Below, in pieces: positions 27,843 to 37,466 of a stretch of 45,004 nt of DNA (its first letter is position 1; every line of letters begins with the position of its first letter). The notes beneath the pieces were generated by a model that worked only from the letters and a program-made list of their open reading frames with translations, had not been told where the DNA came from and did no database searches. Both the position numbers and the translations under genes were made by a program. The DNA is from a virus (taxonomy: Duplodnaviria > Caudoviricetes). The stretch lies in the IMG/VR virus record IMGVR_UViG_3300014201_000011, positions 1 to 45,004 of that record. One strand, 5' to 3'.

Positions 27843-29417
27843 ATGGTCGCCGTCGCGCGCTCGCGGTCCGAGGCCGTCCGGCTCGCGGCGGCCCGACGCG
27901 AGAAGGTCCGACGCCTCGCGCGGACCGACGTCAACGTCTTCTGCGAATTCGTCGGCCGCGACGAGAAGACCGGCATCCCTATCGTCCAGGCGCCCATCCA
28001 CCAGTCGTGGCACCGCTACGCCGAGGAGCATGAGCGCCTCGTCCTCTGGGCCCACGTCGAGGGCGGCAAGAGCCAGCAGATCACCGTCCTCCGCACGCTC
28101 TTCGAGCTCGGCCGCGACCCGAGCCTCCGGTTCCTCCTCCTCTCCAACACCCAGAACCAGGCCGCCAAGTTCGCGCGGTCGATCAAGACGTACATCGAGC
28201 AGTCGAAGGAGCTCCGCGAGGTCTTCCCCGACCTCGTCCCCGGCGAGCCGTGGGGCGAGCACCAGTTCTCCGTCCGCCGTCCGACCTTCTCGAAGGACCC
28301 GTCCGTCACCGTCGCCGGCATCCACGGCTCCATCCAGGGCGCCCGCCTCGACATCATCGCCATCGACGACCTCCTCGACTTCGAGAACACGCGGACCGCC
28401 GACGGGCGCAAGGACACGATCGACTGGATGGACTCGGCCCTCCTCGGCCGCCTCACCGCGACCGCGCGCGTCCGCATCGTCGGCAACGCGTTCCACCCGC
28501 AGGACGCCCTCCACCAGTTCGCCGCACGTCCCGGCTGGCAGGCCTTCCGGTTCCCCGTCCTCGACCCGAACGTCCGGTGCCGTCTCACCGCCGGCCACGC
28601 CGGACCGCACAGCGTCACGCCGCCCGAGCGGCTCACCGGCCTCCCGTGCGGCTTCCTCATCCCGACCTCGCGCTGGCCCGAGCGCTGGAGCCTCGAGCGC
28701 ATCGAGAAGAAGCGCGGCGAGATGACGCCCATCGAGTTCGCACGGCAGATGCTGTGCGAGGCGCGCGACGACTCGACGAGCATCTTCTCGCGGCTCGGCA
28801 TCGAGATCGCCCTCCGCCTCGGCGCCGGGACGAGCATCGCGACCGCACTCACCGACCTCCCGCGCGGGTACCGGACGTATACGGGCGTCGACCTTGCCGT
28901 CCAGCAGAAGGACGGCGCCGACCAGACGTGCTTCTTCACCATCGCCGTCGACCCGATGGGCAACCGGAGCGTCCTAGAGATCGACACCGGCCGCTGGTCC
29001 GGGCCCGAGATCGTCGCCCGCATCGCCGAGAAGCACCATCGCTTCCGGTCCATCGTCGTCGTCGAGAACAACGCCGCCCAGGACTTTATCGTCCAGTTTG
29101 CCCGCGCCGGGACGAGCGTCCCGGTCAAGCCCTACACGACCGGCCGCAACAAGGCGCACCCCGAGCACGGCATCGCGTCCATCAGCGTCGAGATGCAGGG
29201 CGGCAAGTGGCGCATCCCCAACGAGGGCGGCAACCTCGTCGGCCTCGCCGCGCGGATGCACCCCGAGGTCCGCGCGTGGGTCGACGAGATGCTCTACTAC
29301 TCGCCGACGACGCACACCGGCGACCGCCTCATGGCGAGCTTCTTCGCGCGCGAGGGAATCCGCATGGGCTCGACGCACGTCGAGTCGCACACCAGCGTCG
29401 ACTTCAACCGCCGGTAG
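27843..29417 (+). CDS. terL: terminase large subunit
   Basis: Divergent Walker A HVEGGKS, GARLDIIAIDD Walker B, IVGNAFHPQD, nuclease motifs GVDLA / VENNAAQ / GDRLMA. Confidence 0.9.
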   Translation: MVAVARSRSEAVRLAAARREKVRRLARTDVNVFCEFVGRDEKTGIPIVQAPIHQSWHRYAEEHERLVLWAHVEGGKSQQITVLRTLFELGRDPSLRFLLLSNTQNQAAKFARSIKTYIEQSKELREVFPDLVPGEPWGEHQFSVRRPTFSKDPSVTVAGIHGSIQGARLDIIAIDDLLDFENTRTADGRKDTIDWMDSALLGRLTATARVRIVGNAFHPQDALHQFAARPGWQAFRFPVLDPNVRCRLTAGHAGPHSVTPPERLTGLPCGFLIPTSRWPERWSLERIEKKRGEMTPIEFARQMLCEARDDSTSIFSRLGIEIALRLGAGTSIATALTDLPRGYRTYTGVDLAVQQKDGADQTCFFTIAVDPMGNRSVLEIDTGRWSGPEIVARIAEKHHRFRSIVVVENNAAQDFIVQFARAGTSVPVKPYTTGRNKAHPEHGIASISVEMQGGKWRIPNEGGNLVGLAARMHPEVRAWVDEMLYYSPTTHTGDRLMASFFAREGIRMGSTHVESHTSVDFNRR

Positions 29418-29424
29418 ACACGCC

Positions 29425-29459
29425 TTGACCGTGATGACGTTTGTCCTTACGTTGTCCGG
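29425..29459 (+). promoter_or_regulatory. sigma-70 promoter TTGACC-17-TACGTT with overlapping ACGTT(T)GTCC direct repeats
   Basis: Canonical spacing; 6 nt to GTG 29460. Confidence 0.65.
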
Positions 29460-29618
29460 GTGGCGACCGTTCGCGTCCGACTCGACAAGCTACAGGTCCG
29501 GGCGCGGAAGGACGAGATCGCCGCCTGGCGTCGCGCGTCCCGCGAGGACGGGATGACCCTGTCGGCCTGGACGCGCGAATGGCTAAACGCCGCGGTCCGC
29601 GCCGACAAGGAGCGGTAG
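29460..29618 (+). CDS. ribbon-helix-helix protein (52 aa, absent from ORF track)
   Basis: Hand translation MATVRVRLDKLQVRARKDEIAAWRRASREDGMTLSAWTREWLNAAVRADKER. Confidence 0.65.
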   Translation: MATVRVRLDKLQVRARKDEIAAWRRASREDGMTLSAWTREWLNAAVRADKER

Positions 29619-29628
29619 CATGGTGGAC

Positions 29629-29982
29629 ATGTCGAAGCGGATCATCACCCGTCAGTGCGTGACGTCCGAGGACGTCGAGGTCGCCCGCCGCGTCGCCGAG
29701 CGCCAGCGCCAGGCCGACTCCGTGTTCGCCCGGGCCTTCGCGTGGTTCGGGACCGTCGTCGTCGTCTTCGGCGTCGCCGTGTTCGCCTATGCCTTCGTCA
29801 TCGCCTCGTACCCGTCGACGCCCACCGCCGACCTCGGCCCGCTCGCGTTCGCGCCCGCCAACCGGGCCGGCATCTCGGCGACGTCGACGACGTCGAGCAA
29901 CGTCCCGCTCCTCTCGTCGTGGCGGATGGCCGGAATGGCAGCGAGGTGCATCGCCCGGACTGTTATCGGGCTCCGCTGCTAG
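29629..29982 (+). CDS. membrane protein
   Basis: One TM helix; TAGCAT-N7-ATG. Confidence 0.55.
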   Translation: MSKRIITRQCVTSEDVEVARRVAERQRQADSVFARAFAWFGTVVVVFGVAVFAYAFVIASYPSTPTADLGPLAFAPANRAGISATSTTSSNVPLLSSWRMAGMAARCIARTVIGLRC

Positions 29983-30030
29983 GGCGGAATCGGGAAGCAA
30001 AACCCAAACAATGCGCGGAGGAAATTGACC

Positions 30031-30273
30031 ATGCACTACCGAAACGGACGCGAAGCGAAGAATGGCGACGTCATCGTCAGGCTCAACGGCGGCAAGGTGG
30101 AGAGGATCGGCACCCTCCAGAACGCGACGCCGGGCAACGACTACTGCAACGGCGACATCGCGCCGCTGCCCGAGAACGGCACGTATGCGTGCCTGTGCGA
30201 CTGCCTGCACGTGGACGACGTGGCCGCGCTGCTCGCCGAGAAGCGTCTCGACAAGCGGCCGGAGGGGAAGTAA
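30031..30273 (+). CDS. small phage protein
   Basis: GGAGG RBS; MHYRNGREAKNGD...CNG...CLCDCLH. Confidence 0.7.
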   Translation: MHYRNGREAKNGDVIVRLNGGKVERIGTLQNATPGNDYCNGDIAPLPENGTYACLCDCLHVDDVAALLAEKRLDKRPEGK

Positions 30274-30279
30274 CGAGCG

Positions 30280-30636
30280 ATGGGCAGTCGCAAGACCCAG
30301 CTCGCCGACTGCAACCCGCGCTGGCGCACATACGACGGCAAGGACGACCACTCGCCGGACGCCCTCGAGTTCGACTGCCCGGAGGGGCACGAGCACTGCC
30401 GCCACGTCGTCCCGTTCACGCCGGCGCTCGATGGCTCGCGACGGCCGGTCCTCCAGCGCAACGGCGCGCAGTGGGAGCGCACGAACGACGTGTTCGCGAC
30501 GCTCACGCTCACGCCATCGATCCGCATCACGCCAAGCAAGCGGATGCTCCCCGACGGCCGCATCGACGAGATCGGCTGCGCATTCCACGGCTTCATCAAG
30601 AGCGGGCAGATCGAGTTCTGCGGGGACAGCCGATGA
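30280..30636 (+). CDS. DUF6527-like Cys/His protein
   Basis: FDCP...C, W...TLTLTPSI, C.FHGFIKSG. Confidence 0.6.
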   Translation: MGSRKTQLADCNPRWRTYDGKDDHSPDALEFDCPEGHEHCRHVVPFTPALDGSRRPVLQRNGAQWERTNDVFATLTLTPSIRITPSKRMLPDGRIDEIGCAFHGFIKSGQIEFCGDSR

Positions 30637-30924
30637 GCGTGAACGACGCGGCCGCCCGATGAGCGAGCCGAGCATCAACACCATCGTCGGTTTCGTCGGC
30701 GGCCGCGTCTGGTACCGGCTCATCGTGACCGCGACCGTGATGTCCCGCGCCGTCGAGCTCGCCGCCGGGCACGTCGGCCCCGACTGGCGCCGGGTCGACG
30801 CGGCCGGGCTCGACCTTGTCGTCGAGACGGTCGACCCGTCGTGGTTCGAGGCGCTGGGCCGCGGGCTCGCGGTCCGCTAGGTTTCACGTCGCGGCGGTCC
30901 GCCGCGACACCAAGGGAGAACGTC

Positions 30925-31116
30925 ATGGCGAAGCATCAGACCCGAAGGTCCATCAGCATCAACGGCAGCCTCTACGACCGCGCGAAGGACCTCGCGGACC
31001 GTCAGGGCATCTCGCTCTCGGCGATGTGCGAGCATGGACTCCGGCTCGCGATGGCGGCGCCGGAGTCGACCGTCGACGGCGTCCGCGAGGCGGCCGCCCG
31101 TCGTGTCAGCGCCTAG
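30925..31116 (+). CDS. ribbon-helix-helix protein
   Basis: RRSISING.LYDRAK..ADRQGISLS. Confidence 0.65.
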   Translation: MAKHQTRRSISINGSLYDRAKDLADRQGISLSAMCEHGLRLAMAAPESTVDGVREAAARRVSA

Positions 31117-31209
31117 CGGATCCCGCCGGTGTCCAAGCACCCCGCCGGCATATTCGAACGTCGCGGGTCGGCGGCGTCCGCCAGAGACCGACCACGCAAG
31201 GAGAATGAG

Positions 31210-31947
31210 ATGCCCACGATCGAAGAGTTGAACGAGGACCTCGACGAGAAGCGCGCCGCCCACCGGGCCGAGCTCGAGGCCCGCCTCCAGGCACGCGCGA
31301 AGGCCGCGGCCGAGACCAAGGACCCGACCGAGCGCGCGCTCGCGTACGACGAGATCCAGCGCGACGCCGCGCGCGCGCAGGAGGTCGCCGACAACAAGGC
31401 CCGCAACGCGCCGCGCGTCCCGCAGTTCTCCGACGAGCGGCTCGCCCGCGCGACCGACGTCCAGCGGATGCGCTCCGACCTCGGCGGCTTCGCGTCGATG
31501 CCGACGGAGGTCCGCAACGCGCCCGAGGTCCGCGGGTACCTCTGGCCGAAGGTCGAGGAGTACGTCCGCGCGCGGCTCGAGCTGGCGGCCGAGATGACGG
31601 TCGACATGCTTGTCACCGAGCTCCGACTCTCGCGCGCGGACATCACGACCATCATCGCGAAGGCGGCCGGCAACGGCGTCTCCGCGCACGAGTCCTTCGA
31701 CGATGCGCCGACGCCGGTCGTCGAGCCGCCCGCGCCGTCCTCGCCGTACCACTCCGACCGCATCGCGCACCTCGAGCAGCAGGTCGCGACGCTCAACGCG
31801 CGCGTCCTCGAGCTCGGGGTCCATCACGCCCGCGCCGTCCATCTGCCGGCCTGGGCGGACGAGGCCCAGCAGCGCCTCGCCGACCTGGAGGAGAAGGTCC
31901 GCCGGATCGAACAGGTTACCGTCCCCGCCGAGCTTCGGACGCGGTAG
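31210..31947 (+). CDS. coiled-coil hypothetical protein
   Basis: AAGGAG RBS. Confidence 0.7.
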   Translation: MPTIEELNEDLDEKRAAHRAELEARLQARAKAAAETKDPTERALAYDEIQRDAARAQEVADNKARNAPRVPQFSDERLARATDVQRMRSDLGGFASMPTEVRNAPEVRGYLWPKVEEYVRARLELAAEMTVDMLVTELRLSRADITTIIAKAAGNGVSAHESFDDAPTPVVEPPAPSSPYHSDRIAHLEQQVATLNARVLELGVHHARAVHLPAWADEAQQRLADLEEKVRRIEQVTVPAELRTR

Positions 31948-31980
31948 CCGCCGCGCCGCCCGCGATGGTAGCCTGACCTC

Positions 31981-33957
31981 GTGACCACGATGGCCTCGAC
32001 CGCGACCGCCGCGGGCCTCCCCGGCGGACCTATCTCGATGGTCGCCGCCGGCGTGATGCACGAGGAGGAGGTCGGCTCCTCGCGCGCGGCGCTCCAGATG
32101 TCGCCGCGCCAGCAGGTCCTCGACAAGTACTGGAGCTTCTACCGCACCGACCAGTACGCCGCGCGGACCGTCGCGTGGGACGGCTCGCGGTACCTCGGCA
32201 TGGTCGAGCGGGACAGCGTCGCCCTGCAGGGCTTCGTGCCGCCCGGCTTCTACATCGCCGGCCCGACAACGCTCCCCGTCGCGCTCCGTCGGCCGACGAC
32301 GCCGTACCACGTCGTGAAGGTCATCGTCGACCGGTTCACGTCGATGCTCTTCTCGAACAAGCGGCACCCGAAGATCTCGGTCTCGGGCGACCCGAAGACC
32401 GAGGACTTCCTCAACACCGTCGCCGAGGTCGGCCGGCTCTGGCCGACGATGATGCTCGCGCGGTCGATCGGCGGCGGGATGGGCTCGACCATCGTCGGGT
32501 TCAAGCTGATCAACGGCCGGCCGGCGTTCGAGGTGTTCGACCCGCGATGGGCGCGCCCGACGTTCCTCGACCGCTCGCAGCTCGTCCTCGACCGCATCGA
32601 CTACCGCTACGTCTTCACGCGCGAGGTCAAGGACCTCCAGGGCCAGTGGCACGAGGTCGCGTACTGGTACCGGCGCGTGATCGACCGCGAGAGCGATGTC
32701 GTCTTCCGTCCCGTCCCGGTCCCCGAGCCCGAGGACGACGCGCCGCCGCGCTGGGAGCCGGCGGCGGTGGTCAAGCACGGCCTCGGCTTCTGCCCCGTCG
32801 TCTGGATCCAGAACACGCCGAACCCGACCGACCTCGACGGCGACCCGGACTGCATGGGCTGCCTCGACCTCGCGGAGGCGATCGACCGCCTCAACTCGCA
32901 GAGCGACAAGGGCATCATCGCGACGTGCGACCCGACGGTCGTCGTCTCGGACGAGAAGGACATGGGCTCGGTCGCCATCGGCGTCGGGACGGCCATCAAG
33001 CTCGGCCAGGGCGGCGACGCGAAGTACATGGAGATGACCGGCAGCGGCATCGACATGGCGCGCAAGAAGATCGAGGACTACAAGGCGATGATCTGCGAGG
33101 TGACCGGCTGCGTCCTTGCGCTCCCCGACCGGCAGATGACCGCGACCGAGGTCGAGCGGCTGATGTCGCCGATGATCGCCCGCGCGGACTCGCTCCGCGA
33201 GCAGTACGGCGAACAGGGCGTCAAGAAGCTCCTCAACATGATCTGCGTCGCCGCGAAGCGCATCGGCCGTCCGGTCCAGACCGCGAGCGGCATCGTCCGG
33301 CGGACCATCGTCCTTCCCGACAAGGTCGAGGTCGACGACGCGTCCGGCGAGGTCCGCCGGCGGACGCCGCGGCAGATCGGCGACGGGCCCTACTCCCAGA
33401 TCGACCTCTCGTGGCCCGCGTACTACGAGCCCGGCGCGCAGGACGCCGGCTACGCGGTCACCGCCGCGACGACCGCCAAGCATGCGACGCTCATCGACCG
33501 CGCGACCGCCGCGCGCTACCTCGCCGGCTTCTTCGGCGTCGAGGACGTCAACTCGATGCTCGAGAACATCCGCCGCGAGACCATCGCCGACCAGATGGAG
33601 CTCGAGCGTCAGGCCGTCACGGGGCCGACCGACGATCCGTCGGCGCCGGGCGCCGAGGACGCGAAGGTCGACAGCGCGAACGTCCAACAGTCCGCCCTCA
33701 ACGGTGCGCAGATCACCGCCCTCGTTGAGCTCGCCCAGGCCGTCAAGGCCGGACAGCTCGACGTCCAGTCCGCGCTCGCCATCATCGAGATCTCGTTCCC
33801 GGTCTCGCAGCGCGACGCGATGCGCATCGTCGGCAACCTCAAGCCGATGCCGCAGCCCGCGCTCGCACCCGCCGCTCCGTCCGCGCCTCCGCCTGCGGCG
33901 ACGCCGCCCGTGTCGCCTCCCGCCGGCGCGCCACCAGGAGGACCCGGTGCCACGTAA
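31981..33957 (+). CDS. portal protein (SPP1 gp6-like) with C-terminal extension
   Basis: KVIVDRFTSMLF, HGLGFCPVVWIQN, IDRLNSQ; size and position between terL and head genes. Confidence 0.85.
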   Translation: MTTMASTATAAGLPGGPISMVAAGVMHEEEVGSSRAALQMSPRQQVLDKYWSFYRTDQYAARTVAWDGSRYLGMVERDSVALQGFVPPGFYIAGPTTLPVALRRPTTPYHVVKVIVDRFTSMLFSNKRHPKISVSGDPKTEDFLNTVAEVGRLWPTMMLARSIGGGMGSTIVGFKLINGRPAFEVFDPRWARPTFLDRSQLVLDRIDYRYVFTREVKDLQGQWHEVAYWYRRVIDRESDVVFRPVPVPEPEDDAPPRWEPAAVVKHGLGFCPVVWIQNTPNPTDLDGDPDCMGCLDLAEAIDRLNSQSDKGIIATCDPTVVVSDEKDMGSVAIGVGTAIKLGQGGDAKYMEMTGSGIDMARKKIEDYKAMICEVTGCVLALPDRQMTATEVERLMSPMIARADSLREQYGEQGVKKLLNMICVAAKRIGRPVQTASGIVRRTIVLPDKVEVDDASGEVRRRTPRQIGDGPYSQIDLSWPAYYEPGAQDAGYAVTAATTAKHATLIDRATAARYLAGFFGVEDVNSMLENIRRETIADQMELERQAVTGPTDDPSAPGAEDAKVDSANVQQSALNGAQITALVELAQAVKAGQLDVQSALAIIEISFPVSQRDAMRIVGNLKPMPQPALAPAAPSAPPPAATPPVSPPAGAPPGGPGAT

Positions 33958-34092
33958 GAAGCCTCCGCAGCTCCCGGCGCTCCCGACGCCGGGCGACTGG
34001 AACGGGACCGGCGGCGGCGTCGGGTCCTGGCCGGCGATCGAGCCGCCGCGCGTCGACCCGCCACCGCCCCCGAAGCCGCAACGGGGCAGGCG

Positions 34093-34329
34093 ATGACGAG
34101 GCCGCAGATCCGGACCACGCACACGCTCGCCGTGCTCGAGGTATCCGCCGAGGCGTTCGCCGAGATCAAGGCGAAGCTCGAGGCGGCCGGCTACGAGCAC
34201 GCGATCGACATGCGCGAGGGCACCATCGACATGACCGGCATCGCGCTCGGCTGCGAACCGTCGGACCCCGACGGCCCGGTCAGTCCGAACGAGGCCGCCG
34301 GCGCGCTGGACGGCGGAGGCCCCGCGTGA
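34093..34329 (+). CDS. hypothetical protein
   Basis: Codon bias. Confidence 0.6.
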   Translation: MTRPQIRTTHTLAVLEVSAEAFAEIKAKLEAAGYEHAIDMREGTIDMTGIALGCEPSDPDGPVSPNEAAGALDGGGPA

Positions 34330-34601
34330 GCGACGAGCTCGGCCTCGCGGCCCTCGACCCGGACCGCGCCGCCTCCGCGCCCGCCTACACGCCCGCGGGG
34401 CCCTCGTGGCGCGACGAGCCGAGCGTCCACCTCCCCGCGGCGCGCCCGCACGCGCTCACGCTCTCCGCGAGCGTCCGGCCGCCGCCGCGCCACTCGCGCT
34501 GGCGGTTCTTCGTGTTCTGGTGTCTCCTGAAGCTCGCCGCGCGGGTCTACCCGTTCAACTTCGAGATCTACCGCGAGCCCGAGCCAGGAGACGAACCGTG
34601 A
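34326..34601 (+). CDS. hypothetical protein
   Basis: GTGA overlaps. Confidence 0.5.
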   Translation: MSDELGLAALDPDRAASAPAYTPAGPSWRDEPSVHLPAARPHALTLSASVRPPPRHSRWRFFVFWCLLKLAARVYPFNFEIYREPEPGDEP

Positions 34602-34855
34602 GCACCTCTCGCCCCATCGCGACCGCGCTCGAGTCCTGGCCCGTCCCGCACCTCGCCGGTCTCATCCGGCACGGGCTCGACACCAAGAAGGTCGCCGCCC
34701 TCGTCGCCAGCCTTCGAGAGGGCAACGCGCTCCCCGCCATCTTCGTCCTCGACGACCGCCCGCGTCAGGCCATCCTCGACGGCCACCACCGCGTCGCCGC
34801 GTGGGCGGCGGCCGGCGTCCAGAACGCCGAGGTCATCGTCCTCCGCCCGCGGTAG
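34598..34855 (+). CDS. minimal ParB/Srx-domain protein
   Basis: LPAIFV...ILDGHHRVAA; AGGAG RBS. Confidence 0.7.
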   Translation: MSTSRPIATALESWPVPHLAGLIRHGLDTKKVAALVASLREGNALPAIFVLDDRPRQAILDGHHRVAAWAAAGVQNAEVIVLRPR

Positions 34856-34865
34856 CATCGTCCGC

Positions 34866-35213
34866 ATGTCCAAGCTCGACGAGTTGCAGCTCAGGTACCG
34901 GACCGCCATCGAGCGGATGCAGGCCGGCGTCGCGTTCATGATGCCGCATAGCCCCAGCGAGACGAACGGGAAGCACCTCCGGGTCGGCATCAACTCGGCG
35001 CTCGTCGACGCGTCCTCCGTCGGCGTGCTCCTCGTCCGGAAGGGCCTCGTGACCGAGGAGGAATACTGGGAGGCGATCGCGGCCGGGATGGAGGGTGAGG
35101 CCGCGCGGTACGAGGCGCGCGTCCGCGAGCGCTACGGCCCGAACGTCACGCTCGGCGGGACGCTCGACACCGTCGAGCGTCGGGCGAAGGCGGAGGACGA
35201 CAAGGGCGACTGA
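34866..35213 (+). CDS. hypothetical protein
   Basis: TAGCAT-N7-ATG. Confidence 0.7.
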   Translation: MSKLDELQLRYRTAIERMQAGVAFMMPHSPSETNGKHLRVGINSALVDASSVGVLLVRKGLVTEEEYWEAIAAGMEGEAARYEARVRERYGPNVTLGGTLDTVERRAKAEDDKGD

Positions 35214-35635
35214 TGATCATCGCGATCGACTTCGACGGCACCATCGTCCGCGAGGACCGTCGCTACGACGACGTCTACTCGCCGCTCGTGCTGATGCCGA
35301 GCGTCCGTCCGGGACTCGAGAGCCTCCGCCGCGCGGGCCACCTCCTCGTGCTCTGGTCCGCGCGCATGAACCGCGCGCGGATGTACCTCCCCGAGTTCGA
35401 CCCGCTCGTCCGCGCCGGTCACGTCGCGCCGCACTCGTCGTCCGAGCTCCACGCCGCGCGCTGGCGGCAGATGCTCCGGTTCGTCGCCGCCGAGCTGCCG
35501 GGCATCTTCCATGCGATCGACGACGGCCGACAGGGCAAGGTCTGCGCGGACCTCTACATCGACAACATGTCCATCCGGCTCGGCGGCCCCGAGGGCTGGT
35601 CCTGGGACGACGTCCGCCGCGTCTACGGCGAGTGA
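35213..35635 (+). CDS. HAD-superfamily phosphatase-like protein
   Basis: IAIDFDGTI motif I, LWSAR motif II, K..ADLYIDN motifs III/IV. Confidence 0.8.
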   Translation: MIIAIDFDGTIVREDRRYDDVYSPLVLMPSVRPGLESLRRAGHLLVLWSARMNRARMYLPEFDPLVRAGHVAPHSSSELHAARWRQMLRFVAAELPGIFHAIDDGRQGKVCADLYIDNMSIRLGGPEGWSWDDVRRVYGE

Positions 35636-35832
35636 CCCTCGAGCGCGGCGACGAGGAGGTCGCGCATCGCAAGGAGCCGGCGGACGCTGCCGGCGAGGTC
35701 ATCGATGAGCCCGCGCGCGGCGTCGCTGTCGGGCGATAGCGAGGCGACCCGTTCGATCGTGTTCATCAGCATCGTCTGCGCGGTCGACCGGATGCAGTCG
35801 TCGACGAGCTGTACTGCGAGCGTCGAGTCCAT
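35623..35832 (-). CDS. small helical protein, opposite strand to the late genes
   Basis: TATCGT-N6-ATG on the minus strand. Confidence 0.45.
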   Translation of the reverse strand: MDSTLAVQLVDDCIRSTAQTMLMNTIERVASLSPDSDAARGLIDDLAGSVRRLLAMRDLLVAALEGHSP

Positions 35833-36062
35833 CGGTCTACGATAGCGCCGGCCCCGAACCATCGGAAGGGACGCGGCGCGTCGGCGTCGACCCCGCCCTG
35901 GCACACGCACCGTGTCGGCGTCGACCAGGTCGGCGTCACCGCCCAGCGCCGACACCACGAGCACCGCCAGTAGACCGTGCCGTCCCGGTCGCGCGAGTGC
36001 TCCTGCCAGCCCACGTCCCATCAGGCTAGCGTGCGGTCGCCGCGAAGTGGTAGCGTCTTCGC

Positions 36063-36938
36063 ATGTCGGTAGCCGTCCGCAATCAGTCCCCGGGCATCGT
36101 CACCATTCCCGCCCAGTACGGCGGCGGCGCGCTGGCCCCGGGTCAGGGCGTCGTCATCAACGACACGCTCGCGAACGTCCAGGCGGCCTTCGGGGCGACG
36201 ATCCCGCAGGGCTTCCTGTCGATGAACGCGAACATCCCGTCCGGCGAGTCCGCCCAGGTCCAGCCGGTCGCGCAGAGCTACTACCTCGGCCGGCAGACCT
36301 TCTCGGCCTCCGGCACCTACACCCCGAACCCGAAGGCGAACCGCGTCCACGTCCGCCTCGTCGGCGGCGGCGGCGGAGGCGGCGGTGTCGCGGCGAGCTC
36401 GGCCTCGCAGGTCGCGGTCGGCGCCGGCGGCGCGGCCGGCGCGTACGTCGAGCAGTACATCGACCCGGGCGCGGGCAACTACCCCATCACCGGCGGCGCC
36501 GTCACCGTCGGCGCGGCGGGCGCCGCGGGCGCGAACACCGGCGGCGCGGGCGGCACGGGCGGCGATACGTCGGTCGTGATCGCGGGCACGACGATTACCG
36601 CGAAGGGCGGACCCGGCGGCGGGTTCGTGGCCTCGTCGGCGTCGAATATCCAGGCGCAGGGCGGCGGCTTCGCGACCGGCTCGTCCGCGGGCGACATCAG
36701 CACGGCGCAGGAGCCGGGCGGTGCGGGCCAGGGCTTCGGCGGGACCATCGGGACATCCGGGTTCGGCGGGTCGTCGCCGTTCGGCGCGGGCGGCGGTCAC
36801 TCGATCGCGGCCGGCGCGGGCAACCCGGGCCAGGGCTTCGGCGGCGGCGGGTCCGGCGGCCTGTCGATCAACGCGAGCGCGGCGGCGGCCGGCGGCGCGG
36901 GCACGCACGGCTACGTCATCATCGACGAGTACACCTAG
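36063..36938 (+). CDS. glycine-rich virion fibre/decoration-like protein
   Basis: TFSASGTYTP...VGGGGGGG...VTVGAAG...GYVIIDEY Gly-rich domain. Confidence 0.75.
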   Translation: MSVAVRNQSPGIVTIPAQYGGGALAPGQGVVINDTLANVQAAFGATIPQGFLSMNANIPSGESAQVQPVAQSYYLGRQTFSASGTYTPNPKANRVHVRLVGGGGGGGGVAASSASQVAVGAGGAAGAYVEQYIDPGAGNYPITGGAVTVGAAGAAGANTGGAGGTGGDTSVVIAGTTITAKGGPGGGFVASSASNIQAQGGGFATGSSAGDISTAQEPGGAGQGFGGTIGTSGFGGSSPFGAGGGHSIAAGAGNPGQGFGGGGSGGLSINASAAAAGGAGTHGYVIIDEYT

Positions 36939-36941
36939 CCC

Positions 36942-37286
36942 ATGTCGACCACGTCGACCGCGCAGCTGACGCTCTCGTTCACGGGAGACGTCACGCTCTC
37001 GCTCCAGGCCAACGCGACGGCGAACCAGACGAGCCCCGGGACGACGCTGCTCGTCAACCTCGCGACCGGGTTCAACTCGATCGCGATCCCGCCCGGCTCG
37101 AACCGCGTCACCATCGAGAAGCCGGCCGGCAACACGGTCCAGCTCACGCTCAAGGGCATCACGGGCGACACCGGACAGCAGCTCGGCCTCGTCGACTTCG
37201 ACTCGTTCTCGCTGCCGGCGGGCGCGACGACGCTCGGCGTCACGGCCGCGAGCGGCCTCAACGGCGTCCGGTTCATCTTCAACTAG
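36942..37286 (+). CDS. beta-rich putative virion protein
   Basis: T/S/G/N-rich; coupled to the Gly-rich gene. Confidence 0.65.
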   Translation: MSTTSTAQLTLSFTGDVTLSLQANATANQTSPGTTLLVNLATGFNSIAIPPGSNRVTIEKPAGNTVQLTLKGITGDTGQQLGLVDFDSFSLPAGATTLGVTAASGLNGVRFIFN

Positions 37287-37466
37287 GCCCGTGCCTGGCG
37301 AGAAGGTCTATCCGGTCGACAAGGTCGTCCCGACGGCCGTCAGCCCGCGCGCCCTCCGGCGCTGGGCGAACACCGAGCCCCGCCCGAAGCGTTCGCGGCC
37401 GCCCGCGACGCCGAGGCCTTCCGCGACGCCGCCGAAGAGGTGACCGCGGCGTGGTAGCGTGAGGAC

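Noticed and set aside
30877-34200. Very long opposite-strand or alternate-frame ORFs (1107 aa here; also 4823-7432, 14123-16393, 26703-28610)
   Set aside because: They are shadow frames of real genes in stop-poor, high-GC DNA, with Arg/Gly/Ala-rich translations and no motifs.
36063-36938. Collagen or PE-PGRS-like host gene
   Set aside because: There is no Gly-X-Y periodicity or PE domain. It fits a phage Gly-rich virion domain.
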